NCBI RefSeq assembly: GCF_000011805.1
Contig: NC_006840.2
Reading direction: 5' to 3' (one strand)
Length of the DNA stretch: 32,000 nucleotides
From: Aliivibrio fischeri ES114
GTDB lineage: Bacteria; Pseudomonadota; Gammaproteobacteria; Enterobacterales; Vibrionaceae
How positions within the stretch are numbered: position 1 is the first letter of the stretch; every line of letters starts with the position of its first letter. Positions 22,004 through 32,000 of the stretch are shown piece by piece. A program made the position numbers and the translations under genes. Under the pieces are notes generated by a model. That model was not told where the DNA came from. It searched no databases and saw only the letters and a list, made by a program, of their open reading frames with translations.

Positions 22004-22687
22004 ATGGCAAAGATTTTATTAGTTGATGATGATATTGAACTGACAGCTCTGTTAAAAGATATCTTAAGTTTAGAAGGCTATAACGTAATAGAAGCTAATA
22101 ATGGTATTGAAGGTTTAGCTGCAATAACCGATGATCTTGACCTTATTTTGCTTGATATCATGATGCCTAAAATGAATGGCATGGATATGCTCCGTAAATT
22201 ACGAGAGACAAATGAAACGCCTGTTCTTATGCTCACAGCCAAAGGTGAAGAAATTGATCGTGTGATTGGTCTTGAGCTTGGTGCAGATGATTACTTACCA
22301 AAGCCATTTAGCGACAGAGAGTTACTAGCTCGAATTCGTGCCATCTTACGACGTACTCAAGGCAAAACAAAAGAGAGTAATAGCAGTAGTATCAAATACC
22401 AAGATATTGAACTCTTTGTTGGCAAACAAGAAGCTTATCGCAATGGTGAACTAATGGAGCTAACAGGAACTGAATTCGGTCTATTATCCCAGTTCATCCA
22501 AAAGCCAGGCGAAATAATATCGAAAGAAGATCTCAGCTTAGAAGTACTAGGCAAACGTCTTGCACCATTTGATCGTGCTATTGATATGCACGTGTCTAAT
22601 TTACGCAAAAAATTACCGCCACTATCAGAAGGAAAACCTCGAATTAAAACATTACGAGGCCGCGGCTATTTGTTTGTAGAGGAGTAA
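22004..22687 (+). CDS. cpxR: Response regulator CpxR
   Basis: MAKILLVDDDIELTALLKDILSLEGYNVIEANNG...LDLILLDIMMPKMNGMDMLRKLR; OmpR/PhoB-type winged-helix C-terminus. Confidence 0.96.
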   Translation: MAKILLVDDDIELTALLKDILSLEGYNVIEANNGIEGLAAITDDLDLILLDIMMPKMNGMDMLRKLRETNETPVLMLTAKGEEIDRVIGLELGADDYLPKPFSDRELLARIRAILRRTQGKTKESNSSSIKYQDIELFVGKQEAYRNGELMELTGTEFGLLSQFIQKPGEIISKEDLSLEVLGKRLAPFDRAIDMHVSNLRKKLPPLSEGKPRIKTLRGRGYLFVEE

Positions 22688-22690
22688 TCG

Positions 22691-24079
22691 GTGTTTAAGG
22701 TAAATACTCGCTTCCCCCTTTTATCCAGCTTATATGGCCGGATCTTTGCCATTTTTTGGTTAACCTTACTATTGGTGCTTATTGGGGTTGTTATTGGCCC
22801 CAACTTTGACCCCCGTTCTCGTCACAATATTGCAGCTGAGCATCTAACTAAAATGACTCAAATTGCCGCTTACATTACAGGAAAGTACTCTGAGCGTGAT
22901 AATTTGAAAAAAACATTGAAAGAGATCAGTCACCGAGCGCATAGACACGACGAAAATCTTGATCTATTTTTCACCACCCCAACGGGTGAAATTTTAGATA
23001 AACCAAGAGAACTTCGAGGAAGAAAAAAAGCCTTACTTAACTTTTTAACGCTGTCTGATAATCCCGAATTACCACAACAAAAACTTTATGGAAGAACCAT
23101 GATGGCTGGTCCTTTTGATATCGTGATTGCCCATGAAACCGTTTATATGTATGTGGGGCGATATTGGAAAAAGCCACCACCATTTATTCTTAGAATATTA
23201 GATAAACCAGGGCAATTACTCTTAGTTACCATGCTCGTTAGTACGCCCTTTTTACTTTGGCTTGCTTGGGCATTAAGTCAACCTGCAAGGCGTTTACAAA
23301 AGGCAGCAGAGCGCGTTGCTAAAGGCCAATTTGAAAAAGATAAAGATCTTGAAAAAGGTCCAAGAGAGTTTAGAAAAACCGGACAAAGCTTTAATCAGAT
23401 GGTTGGCTCATTAAATACTATGATTTCGGGTCAACAACGTTTACTTTCAGATATTTCACATGAATTACGCTCCCCGCTAACCCGTTTAAGAATGGCAACT
23501 GCCCTTGCCACTCGTAAACAAGGGGAAAGTGCAGAATTATCTCGAATAGATATGGAAGCAGATCGTTTAGAACAAATGATATCTGAGTTATTGGAGCTTT
23601 CTCGCATTCAAGTTAATAGTCATCAAGAGCGAGAAAAAACCGATGCTTATTCATTATGGTTTGATATTTTAGAAGACGCCAAATTTGAAGCCGAGCATTT
23701 AAATAAAGTACTGACTTACTCTGATTTAAAAGAAACGCCTATTTTTGGGAACCCGAATTTATTAATGAGCGCAGTAGAAAACGTAATACGTAATGCCATT
23801 AAATACGGTAACGATGTAGTCACGGTGAACATTAATGACACAGGTAAAACTCTCACCATCATCGTTGATGATAATGGCGAAGGTGTCCCTGAAGATGAAC
23901 TACAAGATATCTTTAAACCTTTCTACCGTGTCTCTACCGCTCGTGATCGAAGCAGTGGCGGAACTGGGCTTGGTTTAGCGATTACTGAAAGTGCCATTTA
24001 TCAACACAATGGGACAATTATTGCGAGCCGAAGTCCATTAGGTGGATTACGAATGACAATAACACTGCCAATAGAATAA
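22691..24079 (+). CDS. cpxA: Sensor histidine kinase CpxA (GTG start)
   Basis: HAMP, H-box SDISHELRSPLTRLRMA, N-box NVIRNAIKYG, G-boxes DNGEGVPEDEL, GGTGLGLAI; adjacent to cpxR. Confidence 0.95.
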   Translation: MFKVNTRFPLLSSLYGRIFAIFWLTLLLVLIGVVIGPNFDPRSRHNIAAEHLTKMTQIAAYITGKYSERDNLKKTLKEISHRAHRHDENLDLFFTTPTGEILDKPRELRGRKKALLNFLTLSDNPELPQQKLYGRTMMAGPFDIVIAHETVYMYVGRYWKKPPPFILRILDKPGQLLLVTMLVSTPFLLWLAWALSQPARRLQKAAERVAKGQFEKDKDLEKGPREFRKTGQSFNQMVGSLNTMISGQQRLLSDISHELRSPLTRLRMATALATRKQGESAELSRIDMEADRLEQMISELLELSRIQVNSHQEREKTDAYSLWFDILEDAKFEAEHLNKVLTYSDLKETPIFGNPNLLMSAVENVIRNAIKYGNDVVTVNINDTGKTLTIIVDDNGEGVPEDELQDIFKPFYRVSTARDRSSGGTGLGLAITESAIYQHNGTIIASRSPLGGLRMTITLPIE

Positions 24080-24200
24080 ATTCTTCAAAACCTAACACTC
24101 GTGGCTTATATCAAACAAAACGAATCTCGATATAAGTCATGTGTTATTTGGATGAGTTTAGATATACTGCTTTTAATTTCCGTTTATTCAAGAGTTCATT

Positions 24201-24680
24201 ATGTTTGATATTGCGCTGTACGAACCTGAAATCGCCCCAAATACGGGCAACATTATCCGATTATCTGCTAACTGTGGTGCAAACCTACATTTGATTGAAC
24301 CACTGGGTTTTGATTTAGAAGAAAAGAAATTACGTCGCGCAGGTTTAGACTACCACGATTTAGCACACGTAAAACGCCACAAAAACTACGCCGCATTTCT
24401 TGAATATTTAGCCAATGACAGTGATGTAGAGCACCGTATTTTTGCTTGTACAACTAAGACAACTGGTCACCACACAACACCAACCTATCAGAAAGGTGAT
24501 GTGTTGTTATTTGGTCCTGAAACTCGTGGATTGCCTGCTGATTTAATTGATGGTTTACCTATGGAACAACGTGTTCGCATTCCAATGATGCCAGATAGCC
24601 GTAGCTTAAACCTATCGAACTCTGTCGCCATCATCGTATTCGAAGCATGGCGCCAAATGGGATTCGAAGGCGGGTTATAA
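24201..24680 (+). CDS. trmL: tRNA (cytidine/uridine-2'-O-)-methyltransferase TrmL
   Basis: SPOUT family: [37 protein letters not shown]...[11 protein letters not shown]...[21 protein letters not shown]. Confidence 0.96.
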   Translation: MFDIALYEPEIAPNTGNIIRLSANCGANLHLIEPLGFDLEEKKLRRAGLDYHDLAHVKRHKNYAAFLEYLANDSDVEHRIFACTTKTTGHHTTPTYQKGDVLLFGPETRGLPADLIDGLPMEQRVRIPMMPDSRSLNLSNSVAIIVFEAWRQMGFEGGL

Positions 24681-24707
24681 TCCTCGACAATAAGAGACTT
24701 CAGATAC

Positions 24708-24737
24708 AAAAATAGCCACTCTATAGTGGCTATTTTT
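24708..24737. terminator. Bidirectional terminator between trmL and cysE
   Basis: AAAAATAGCCACT-CTAT-AGTGGCTATTTTT, 13-bp perfect stem. Confidence 0.9.
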
Positions 24738-24779
24738 ATGCGTATTCTTGGATGATCTGTTCTTTAACTGTAATAGGTA

Positions 24780-25601
24780 TTAAATCCCATCACCAGCAAC
24801 AAAGGTTTGAGATTTACCGTTAAACTGTTGGTCCATATCAAGAGAAGGCATTTCAGAGCTCGGACGCCCAACGATTTTTGCAGGAACACCCGCAACCGTC
24901 GTATGAGGAGGAACAGCCTGCAATACTACAGAACATGAACCAATCTTAGCGCCAACACCTACTTCAATGTTGCCTAAAATCTTTGCACCAGCACCGATCA
25001 TAACGCCTTCACGGATCTTAGGATGACGATCACCACACTCTTTACCTGTACCACCAAGTGTCACGTCCTGCAAAATAGAAACGTCGTTTTCAACTACCGC
25101 AGTTTCACCAATAACGATACCTGTAGCATGGTCAAACATGATCCCTTTACCGATGGTGGCAGCTGGGTGAACATCCACCTGACAAGCAACAGAAATTTCA
25201 TTTTGTAGGTACGTTGCCAATGCAACACGGCCCTGTTTCCATAGCCAGTTTGATACACGGTAGCCTTGCAATGCGTGGTAGCCTTTTAAATACAACAAAG
25301 GCATTGAGTACATAGAAACCGCAGGGTCTCGAGTCACGGTTGCACAAATATCGCATGCCGCAGCATCAGTAATCGTTGGATCTGAAGCAAACGCTTCCTC
25401 AACGACTTCGCGAACCGCCATCGCTGGCATTGAAGCCGTAGCCAATTTATTCGCTAAAATATAACTTAATGCTGCCGCTAAATTTTCATGTTTAATGATG
25501 GTTGCATGATAAAAGCTTGCAAGCATGGGTTCTTGTTCTGATTGCTCACGCGCTTCTCGAACAATACATTCCCATACTTTGTGTTTCTTACATTCATTCA
25601 T
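24780..25601 (-). CDS. cysE: Serine O-acetyltransferase
   Basis: 273 aa, hexapeptide repeats, DVHPAATIGKGIMFDHATGIVIGETAVVENDVSILQDVTLGGTGKE. Confidence 0.97.
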   Translation of the reverse strand: MNECKKHKVWECIVREAREQSEQEPMLASFYHATIIKHENLAAALSYILANKLATASMPAMAVREVVEEAFASDPTITDAAACDICATVTRDPAVSMYSMPLLYLKGYHALQGYRVSNWLWKQGRVALATYLQNEISVACQVDVHPAATIGKGIMFDHATGIVIGETAVVENDVSILQDVTLGGTGKECGDRHPKIREGVMIGAGAKILGNIEVGVGAKIGSCSVVLQAVPPHTTVAGVPAKIVGRPSSEMPSLDMDQQFNGKSQTFVAGDGI

Positions 25602-25619
25602 CTTAATACCATCCTTGAT

Positions 25620-26642
25620 TTACGATTCTGATTTTTTGTCTCGCGCTAATAAGTCCTGCGCAGCGACTCTTGCATCTTTTCCTTGATACAATACTTGATA
25701 AATTTGCTCAACTATAGGCATTTCAACGCCCATACGATTCGCAAGCAGCCAAACTTCTTTGGTATTGCGATAACCTTCAACCACTTGACCAATTTCTTCT
25801 TGAGCGCTATCTACATCGCCACCTTGGCCTAAAGCCAAACCAAAACGACGGTTACGAGACTGGTTATCAGTACAAGTTAATACTAAGTCACCTAAACCTG
25901 CCATGCCCATGAAAGTTTCAGCTTCAGCACCTAAAGCCACACCTAATCGAGTCATTTCAGCTAAGCCACGAGTGATTAATGCCGTACGAGCATTAGCGCC
26001 AAAACCAATACCATCAGACATACCCGCACCAATAGCGATTACGTTTTTCACCGCGCCACCTAATTGCATTCCCGTAAAATCATTATTTGCATAAACACGG
26101 AATGTTTTAGAACAGTGGATTTTTTCTTGTAGGTCTTTAACAAACTCTTTATCAGGAGACGCTACAGCGATCGCCGTTGGCATACCAGAAGCAAGTTCTT
26201 TAGCAAAAGTAGGTCCAGAAAGCACAGCCAGTGAATGCGATTCACCTAACGCCTCAACTGCCACTTCTTTTAATAAACGACCTGTTTCAGGCTCAAGCCC
26301 TTTTGTTGCCCAGCAGATACGAGAATCATCACGTAAAAATGGTTTTACATTACCAAGAACCAAACCAAACACATGACTTGGAACTACAACAAGTAAATCA
26401 CGGCTCGCTTGAACTGATTTTTCAAGATCAGTCGACATGATTAATGATGGTGGAAAAGCAACACCAGGTAAAAACTCTTCATTTGCGCGATCGGCTTCAA
26501 GACGATTCATATGTGCTTCTTCATGGCCCCATAAAATCACTTTTGCGCCATTACGAGCGAGGGAAATAGCCAGAGACGTTCCGTATGAACCAGCACCAAG
26601 TACGGTCATTGAAATATCAGAGTAATCAGTTTGTGTTGTCAT
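25620..26642 (-). CDS. gpsA: Glycerol-3-phosphate dehydrogenase [NAD(P)+] (likely start MTTQTD at 26642; track ORF extends to 26660)
   Basis: [67 protein letters not shown]. Confidence 0.96.
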   Translation of the reverse strand: MTTQTDYSDISMTVLGAGSYGTSLAISLARNGAKVILWGHEEAHMNRLEADRANEEFLPGVAFPPSLIMSTDLEKSVQASRDLLVVVPSHVFGLVLGNVKPFLRDDSRICWATKGLEPETGRLLKEVAVEALGESHSLAVLSGPTFAKELASGMPTAIAVASPDKEFVKDLQEKIHCSKTFRVYANNDFTGMQLGGAVKNVIAIGAGMSDGIGFGANARTALITRGLAEMTRLGVALGAEAETFMGMAGLGDLVLTCTDNQSRNRRFGLALGQGGDVDSAQEEIGQVVEGYRNTKEVWLLANRMGVEMPIVEQIYQVLYQGKDARVAAQDLLARDKKSES

Positions 26643-26801
26643 TGTGACCATCCAAAACAAGTATCAAGAGATACAGTTATATTAAAAGCAAAATGCACTT
26701 TCTACCAAAATACAGAAACTATAAAGCGTATAGAAACCATATTAGATAAAAAAGTGCATTTATTCTCTACAAATTAATCAATAGCACAAGGCTATTCATT
26801 A

Positions 26802-27272
26802 TTATGCTTCAGAAGGCGCAGCTGCGTTTTCTTGAGCTTGGCTTTGTAGGTAGTTCATGAACAATGCGTCAAAGTTAACTGGCGCAAGGTTTAGTTGTGG
26901 GAAAGTACCTTTAACTACTAGGCTAGAGATAGTTTCACGAGCATATGGGAACAGAATGTTCGGGCAGAATGCACCTAGGCAATGAGCTAGTTGAGCTTCT
27001 TCCATTTGACCAGCTGTAAAGATACCGCCTTGTTGAACTTCACAAAGGAATGCAGTTTCTTCTTCGTTCTTAACCGTAACAGTCAGACGTAGAACCACTT
27101 CATACACACCTTCACCTAGTTCACGGCTTTGAGTATCAAGATCCAGCTTAACATCTGGATTCCACTCTTTTTGGAACATAGTTGGTGAATTTGGCGCTTC
27201 AAAAGATACGTCTTTTAGGAAGATACGTTGAATTGCGAAGTTTTGTTGTTGCGCTTGTGCTGCTTCAGCCAT
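26802..27272 (-). CDS. secB: Protein-export chaperone SecB
   Basis: 156 aa, [36 protein letters not shown]...[32 protein letters not shown]. Confidence 0.98.
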   Translation of the reverse strand: MAEAAQAQQQNFAIQRIFLKDVSFEAPNSPTMFQKEWNPDVKLDLDTQSRELGEGVYEVVLRLTVTVKNEEETAFLCEVQQGGIFTAGQMEEAQLAHCLGAFCPNILFPYARETISSLVVKGTFPQLNLAPVNFDALFMNYLQSQAQENAAAPSEA

Positions 27273-27401
27273 GGGAAAAGTCCTTTATGTAATATGTATA
27301 TGAATGCAGAATAACGATGTCACCTTACTCTGCATTCGTGATATCTAAAAAATGAGCCAGATATCACATCAAAATGAATCAATTGCTTAGGAAAGCGGCA
27401 A

Positions 27402-27839
27402 TTATTTTTTGCCTTTAACTAACGGTAAGTTAGCTTCATTCCAAGAGATTAGGCCATTCTTAAGTAATTTAACTTGCTCAAAGCCAGCTTTATGCAAATC
27501 ATTTGCTGCTGCTTGAGCTGTCTGACCTGTTTTACATACCACAATAATTGGGGTTGTTTTTGAGTTTTCAAGACCAGGCAAGTTACCTGCTTTAATGTCA
27601 CTTGGTAAAATGTGACGTGCATCCGTAATATGACCAGATTTAAACTCATCTTTAGAGCGAATATCTAAAACAATCGCATCTTCACGGTTCATTAGTGTTG
27701 TTGCTTGTGCTGGGTCGACTTCTTGGTAACCCGCTGTTTTTTGTTTTACTACGTTTTGAATTAACGCGACAACAATACCAATCCACACAACAGCTAAAAT
27801 CATGTTGTTGCTTACAAAATCAATGATCGAGGTTTCCAT
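27402..27839 (-). CDS. yibN: Rhodanese-like domain membrane protein (YibN family); start METSIIDF at 27839, track ORF over-extended to 27950
   Basis: N-terminal TM helix MILAVVWIGIVVALIQNVV, then DIRSKDEFKSGHITDARHI...IIVVCKTGQTAQ rhodanese active-site loop; adjacent to secB. Confidence 0.88.
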   Translation of the reverse strand: METSIIDFVSNNMILAVVWIGIVVALIQNVVKQKTAGYQEVDPAQATTLMNREDAIVLDIRSKDEFKSGHITDARHILPSDIKAGNLPGLENSKTTPIIVVCKTGQTAQAAANDLHKAGFEQVKLLKNGLISWNEANLPLVKGKK

Positions 27840-28061
27840 ATTCTTTATCTCTGATGTATTAGATAACTCAATACCACTAATCGGATCGGTTACCATAGGC
27901 TCTAAATTTGAAGCGAAAGTATACCCTAGGGTTTGTTCTGAAACTAGCAAGGATAAAAAAACTCGCTAATACAAAGAAAATGCTGTGATATTGGTTTTAC
28001 AATTGAGACCAAAGTTAAACTCTATCTAGTCAGAACCCACTCGATCTGAAATAATGCAGCG

Positions 28062-29207
28062 ATGAACATATCCCTTTTAAACAATTCTTTCTTTTGTCGT
28101 CGATTAGCTACGACAGCGTTAGTATGTCTGGCATTTTCTTCTCCAATCTTGGTTCACGCTAGTGATGCCGAATTAAAGGGAATGAAACAAGAAATATCTC
28201 GCCAAAATACCGTATTAAGCAAACAGAAAAAAGAACTCTCTAGCCTTCAAAACAGCCTTAAAAAGCATGAAGTTTCGATAGCAAACGCATCGAAAAAAAT
28301 ACGTAATGCTGAACAAGAGTTAACGACATTAAAAAGCTCTATTAGCAGCCTTAAGCAGCAACAATCTGAATTGACCCAACAACAGATTGGACAGACTGAG
28401 ATATTAAAAGACCTATTAGTAAACTATTACTTAACCAGTCGAAATAACCAGTTATCAAATGTGCTTAGCGGTGATGATGTGACCAAAATGGATCGCATGA
28501 CTCAATACGCTCAACGTATATCAGAAGCTCGTGTTGGTGCCATCTCTCAATTAGAGTTCACCAATATGCAGCTTGAAGAAAAAGAAGCTGATTTGCTTGA
28601 AAAACAACAACGTCAAAGTGAACTTCTCGCTCAATACAAAAAAGAGAAAGTAACACTTCAAACATCGCAAAATAAGCGTAAAAAGACCGTTTCAAGTATC
28701 AGAAAACGCATTACAAACGAAAGCAGCTATTTAAATGAATTGCAGCAAAATGAAAAACGTTTAAAAACAGCGATAGCTAAAGCAAAAGCGAAAAATAATG
28801 TACCAATGGACGGCATTGGCCGACAAAAAGGCCGTCTACCTTGGCCAATAAGCAATCCAAAAACATTACACAGCTTTGGTACCAAACAAACAGGTCAATT
28901 AACTTGGAAAGGTATGGTACTCGCTGGTGATTACGGAACGCCTGTAAAAGCAGTCTATTCAGGTAAAGTTGTTTTTGCCGATTGGCTACGTGGTTATGGC
29001 TTGATGGTATTAATCGATCACGGTAAAGGTGATATGACGCTTTACGGCTACAACCAAAGCCTAATGAAGAAAGAAGGCGATAAAGTACGAGCAGGAGAAA
29101 CCATTGCGGTTGTGGGTGACAGTGGCGGTCAAGACAGACCTTCGCTTTACTTTGAGATCCGTCGTAACAGTAAAGCACAAAACCCACGTTCTTGGTTAAG
29201 ACGCTAA
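28062..29207 (+). CDS. envC: Murein hydrolase activator EnvC (M23 LytM domain)
   Basis: Signal peptide, long coiled coil, degenerate LytM domain MVLAGDYGTPVKAVYSGKVVFADWLRGYGLMVLIDHGKGDMTLYGYNQSLMK. Confidence 0.92.
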   Translation: MNISLLNNSFFCRRLATTALVCLAFSSPILVHASDAELKGMKQEISRQNTVLSKQKKELSSLQNSLKKHEVSIANASKKIRNAEQELTTLKSSISSLKQQQSELTQQQIGQTEILKDLLVNYYLTSRNNQLSNVLSGDDVTKMDRMTQYAQRISEARVGAISQLEFTNMQLEEKEADLLEKQQRQSELLAQYKKEKVTLQTSQNKRKKTVSSIRKRITNESSYLNELQQNEKRLKTAIAKAKAKNNVPMDGIGRQKGRLPWPISNPKTLHSFGTKQTGQLTWKGMVLAGDYGTPVKAVYSGKVVFADWLRGYGLMVLIDHGKGDMTLYGYNQSLMKKEGDKVRAGETIAVVGDSGGQDRPSLYFEIRRNSKAQNPRSWLRR

Positions 29208-29269
29208 CAATGAAATACTAAAAAGCCGCATAATGCGGCTTTTTTATTTAATTCGATAAATTAAGAAGA

Positions 29270-29803
29270 CTATTTTAAGGTCTTATTCGGATCATCTTCT
29301 TTACGTTGGAACTCACCCTCAAAGACATCCCCTTGTTGATCATCCTGACGTGAATGGTCAAATGGATTACCTTGATTAAACGGGCCATTTTGATCAAAGC
29401 CACCACCAAATCCTGCATGAAAGCCTCCTTGAGACGCTCCCATGTTATTCACTTTCACTCGACTCATTAGCTGTTTAGCTAAGTAAGCTCTTGGATCAGG
29501 TAATAGTACCAACATACCTAAAGTATCTGTCATAAAACCAGGAGTAAGCAGTAATACACCAGCAACCGCTAGCATAACCCCTTCAACAATTTGCTGTGCA
29601 GGCAATTCACCTTGCTGCAACTTAGATTGCACAGACATTAGGGTTTGAATCCCCTGACTACGCACTAATGATGCCCCAACAAAAGCAGTAATAAGAACTA
29701 ATGCAATAGTTGGCCACATTCCTAACATTCCTCCGACTTGCACAAACAGGGCAATCTCAATGATAGGTACAAATATAAACATCACTAATAAAATAGGAAA
29801 CAC
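29270..29803 (-). CDS. fxsA: FxsA family membrane protein
   Basis: MFPILLVMFIFVPIIEIALFVQVGGMLGMWPTIALVLITAFVGASLVRSQGIQTLMSVQ; usual neighbour of aspA. Confidence 0.92.
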   Translation of the reverse strand: MFPILLVMFIFVPIIEIALFVQVGGMLGMWPTIALVLITAFVGASLVRSQGIQTLMSVQSKLQQGELPAQQIVEGVMLAVAGVLLLTPGFMTDTLGMLVLLPDPRAYLAKQLMSRVKVNNMGASQGGFHAGFGGGFDQNGPFNQGNPFDHSRQDDQQGDVFEGEFQRKEDDPNKTLK

Positions 29804-30072
29804 GGTTCACCTCTAACGGATTTAAGACTATTTGAACGCTTTATTTAATTCACTTAGTGTAGCAGGCAAATACTTCAAACGTTTTTTTCTCTCTCTAATT
29901 TGTTAAATGAGGCACACCGGCCACTTTTTCAACAAAAAAGACTGTAAAAGAGTGTAAACAGCAATCAAAGTTATTAACTCAAGCTGCAAGTTATATAACT
30001 TATAAAGTCAACTTATTAACAACTGGTGAGAGCGTTATCGCAATTTGATACAATTTGCAAAAACGAGACTTA

Positions 30073-30094
30073 AAAAGTGATCAAGTTAACATTT
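30073..30094 (+). promoter_or_regulatory. Candidate CRP site upstream of aspA
   Basis: AAAAGTGATCAAGTTAACATTT, good match to AAATGTGATCTAGATCACATTT with two deviations in the core half-sites. Confidence 0.4.
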
Positions 30095-30235
30095 TTACCA
30101 CTAAAGAGGTGTATGATTACTTCAAAACAAGGCATCAGGTACGATATTGATCAACTCTGACGAACGGACTCTACTCGCAGATATGATCACTTGGAAAGAA
30201 TCCAATAATTAAATATAGAACCTTAAAGGCTTACT

Positions 30236-31687
30236 ATGACTCAGATGCTTGATTTAGATACAAAGAATACTGCAGCAACTCGTATTGAAGAAGATTTGCT
30301 AGGTGAACGTCACGTTCCTGCTGAAGCTTACTACGGTATTCACACTCTTCGTGCTATCGAAAACTTCAATATTTCTAATGTAACAATTTCTGATGTTCCA
30401 GAATTTGTACGCGGCATGATCTACACTAAAAAAGCGGCGGCACTAGCGAACAAAGAATTAGGCGCTATTCCTTCACAAGTTGGTGAATACATCATTAAAG
30501 CATGTGACCTTATCCTTGAAACAGGTAAGTGTATGGATCAATTCCCATCTGACGTTTTCCAAGGTGGTGCTGGTACTTCTGTTAACATGAACGCTAACGA
30601 AGTTATCGCTAACGTTGCTCTTGAATTAATGGGCAAAGAAAAAGGCGAATACGACATCGTTAACCCTAACGATCATGTAAACAAATCTCAATCAACTAAC
30701 TGTGCATACCCTACAGGTTTCCGTATTGCGGTATACAACAGCATGATGAAACTGATCGAAGCGATTGAATACCTAAAAGGTGCATTCGATCTTAAAGATC
30801 AAGAATTCCGTAACATTCTGAAAATGGGTCGTACTCAACTTCAAGATGCGGTTCCAATGACTGTTGGTCAAGAATTCCACGCTTGGGGTGTATTACTTCA
30901 AGAGGAAGTGAAAAACCTTCACTACACAGCACAACTTCTATTAGAAGTGAACATTGGTGCGACAGCAATCGGTACTGGCTTAAACGCTGCGACTGGTTAC
31001 CAAGAAGCAGCAGTTAAACATCTATCTGAAGTAACAGGTCTACCATGTGTTGCTGCTGAAGACTTAATCGAAGCTACATCTGACTGTGGTGCTTACGTAA
31101 TGATCCACGGTGCGCTAAAACGTACTGCGGTTAAGATGTCTAAGATCTGTAATGACTTACGCCTTCTTTCTTCTGGTCCTCGTGCTGGTCTAAATGAATT
31201 GAACCTTCCAGAGCTTCAAGCTGGTTCTTCAATCATGCCTGCAAAAGTTAACCCAGTAATCCCAGAAGTAGTTAACCAAGTGTGCTTCAAAGTAATCGGT
31301 AACGATACTACTGTTACTTTTGCTGCTGAAGCGGGTCAATTACAACTAAACGTAATGGAACCTGTTATTGGTCAAGCTCTGTTTGAATCAATCGACATCC
31401 TACGTAATGCATGTGTGAACCTACGCGATAAGTGTATTGATGGTATCACTGTAAACAAAGAAGTATGTGAAGCTCACGTATTTAACTCTATCGGTATCGT
31501 AACTTACCTAAACCCATTCATTGGCCACCACGAAGGTGACATTGTTGGTAAAATCTGTGCTGAAACAGGTAAGAGTGTTCGTGAAGTAGTTCTAGAACGC
31601 GGTCTACTGACTGAAGAACAGCTGGACGACATCTTCTCTGTTGAAAACCTGATGCACCCAGAATACAAAGCAAAACGTTACGATTAA
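30236..31687 (+). CDS. aspA: Aspartate ammonia-lyase
   Basis: 483 aa, [33 protein letters not shown], signature [20 protein letters not shown]. Confidence 0.98.
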   Translation: MTQMLDLDTKNTAATRIEEDLLGERHVPAEAYYGIHTLRAIENFNISNVTISDVPEFVRGMIYTKKAAALANKELGAIPSQVGEYIIKACDLILETGKCMDQFPSDVFQGGAGTSVNMNANEVIANVALELMGKEKGEYDIVNPNDHVNKSQSTNCAYPTGFRIAVYNSMMKLIEAIEYLKGAFDLKDQEFRNILKMGRTQLQDAVPMTVGQEFHAWGVLLQEEVKNLHYTAQLLLEVNIGATAIGTGLNAATGYQEAAVKHLSEVTGLPCVAAEDLIEATSDCGAYVMIHGALKRTAVKMSKICNDLRLLSSGPRAGLNELNLPELQAGSSIMPAKVNPVIPEVVNQVCFKVIGNDTTVTFAAEAGQLQLNVMEPVIGQALFESIDILRNACVNLRDKCIDGITVNKEVCEAHVFNSIGIVTYLNPFIGHHEGDIVGKICAETGKSVREVVLERGLLTEEQLDDIFSVENLMHPEYKAKRYD

Positions 31688-31702
31688 TTCTTAACGTTCA
31701 AT

Positions 31703-31727
31703 AGCGAGCTCTCAGGGGCTCGCTTTT
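31703..31727 (+). terminator. Rho-independent terminator after aspA
   Basis: AGCGAGC-TCTCAGGG-GCTCGCT followed by T-tract. Confidence 0.8.
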
Positions 31728-31851
31728 TTTATTTGTAATTTCTTATTTATAAAATACTCAAAGTAATTATTCATATTTTTCCCAATTACTATATATAGCT
31801 ACTCAGTTAAAATATGAATAATTATTTAATATTAAAAAAGTGGAGTTTCAT

Positions 31852-32000
31852 ATGATTGCTGTACAACTTTTCGTAGTACTGCTGTTCATCTATTTAGGTG
31901 CGCGCATTGGGGGTATTGGTATTGGTTTTGCGGGCGGCGCAGGTGTACTAGTTCTAACCATGATTTTAGGTCTAGACGCTGGTTCTATCCCTATCGATGT
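31852..32000 (+). CDS. dcuA: Anaerobic C4-dicarboxylate transporter (DcuA/DcuB family), N-terminal part, runs off right edge
   Basis: MIAVQLFVVLLFIYLGARIGGIGIGFAGGAGVLVLTMILGLDAGSIPID, downstream of aspA as in E. coli aspA-dcuA. Confidence 0.85.
   Translation, partial: MIAVQLFVVLLFIYLGARIGGIGIGFAGGAGVLVLTMILGLDAGSIPID

Noticed and set aside
29988-30001. Palindrome AAGTTATATAACTT upstream of aspA
   Set aside because: Self-complementary AT-rich 14-mer in a low-GC intergenic region, likely to occur by chance; no partner motif recognised.

Overview
This window is ordinary vibrionaceal core chromosome. It looks Aliivibrio-like, inferred from gene order and protein similarity recalled from memory, not from a database search. 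Left block, minus strand: hflX (partial), hfq, miaA, mutL, LysM-containing amidase amiB, tsaE. Then queG on plus, a roughly 520-bp AT-rich intergenic region, a minus-strand array of seven tRNA genes alternating Gly(GCC) and initiator Met(CAT), orn, rsgA, psd, a DMT transporter, epmA, frdABCD, efp, epmB, pfkA, fieF, a disrupted cpxP-like gene, cpxR, cpxA, trmL, cysE, gpsA, secB, a rhodanese-domain protein, envC, fxsA, aspA and the start of a dcu-type C4-dicarboxylate transporter gene. I see no defence island, mobile element or CRISPR. The best signals are three. (1) A cluster of DnaA boxes, including a perfect head-to-head pair TTATCCACA-N10-TGTGGATAA, with four GATC sites lies between queG and the tRNA-Gly cluster. 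That is the same genomic position as the E. coli datA DnaA-inactivation locus. (2) The tRNA array consists of near-identical ~245-bp units, and one tRNA-Gly copy carries a 1-nt insertion in its anticodon stem. (3) The cpxP-like gene is interrupted by what looks like a pair of compensating frameshifts, while a perfect CpxR box is retained upstream.
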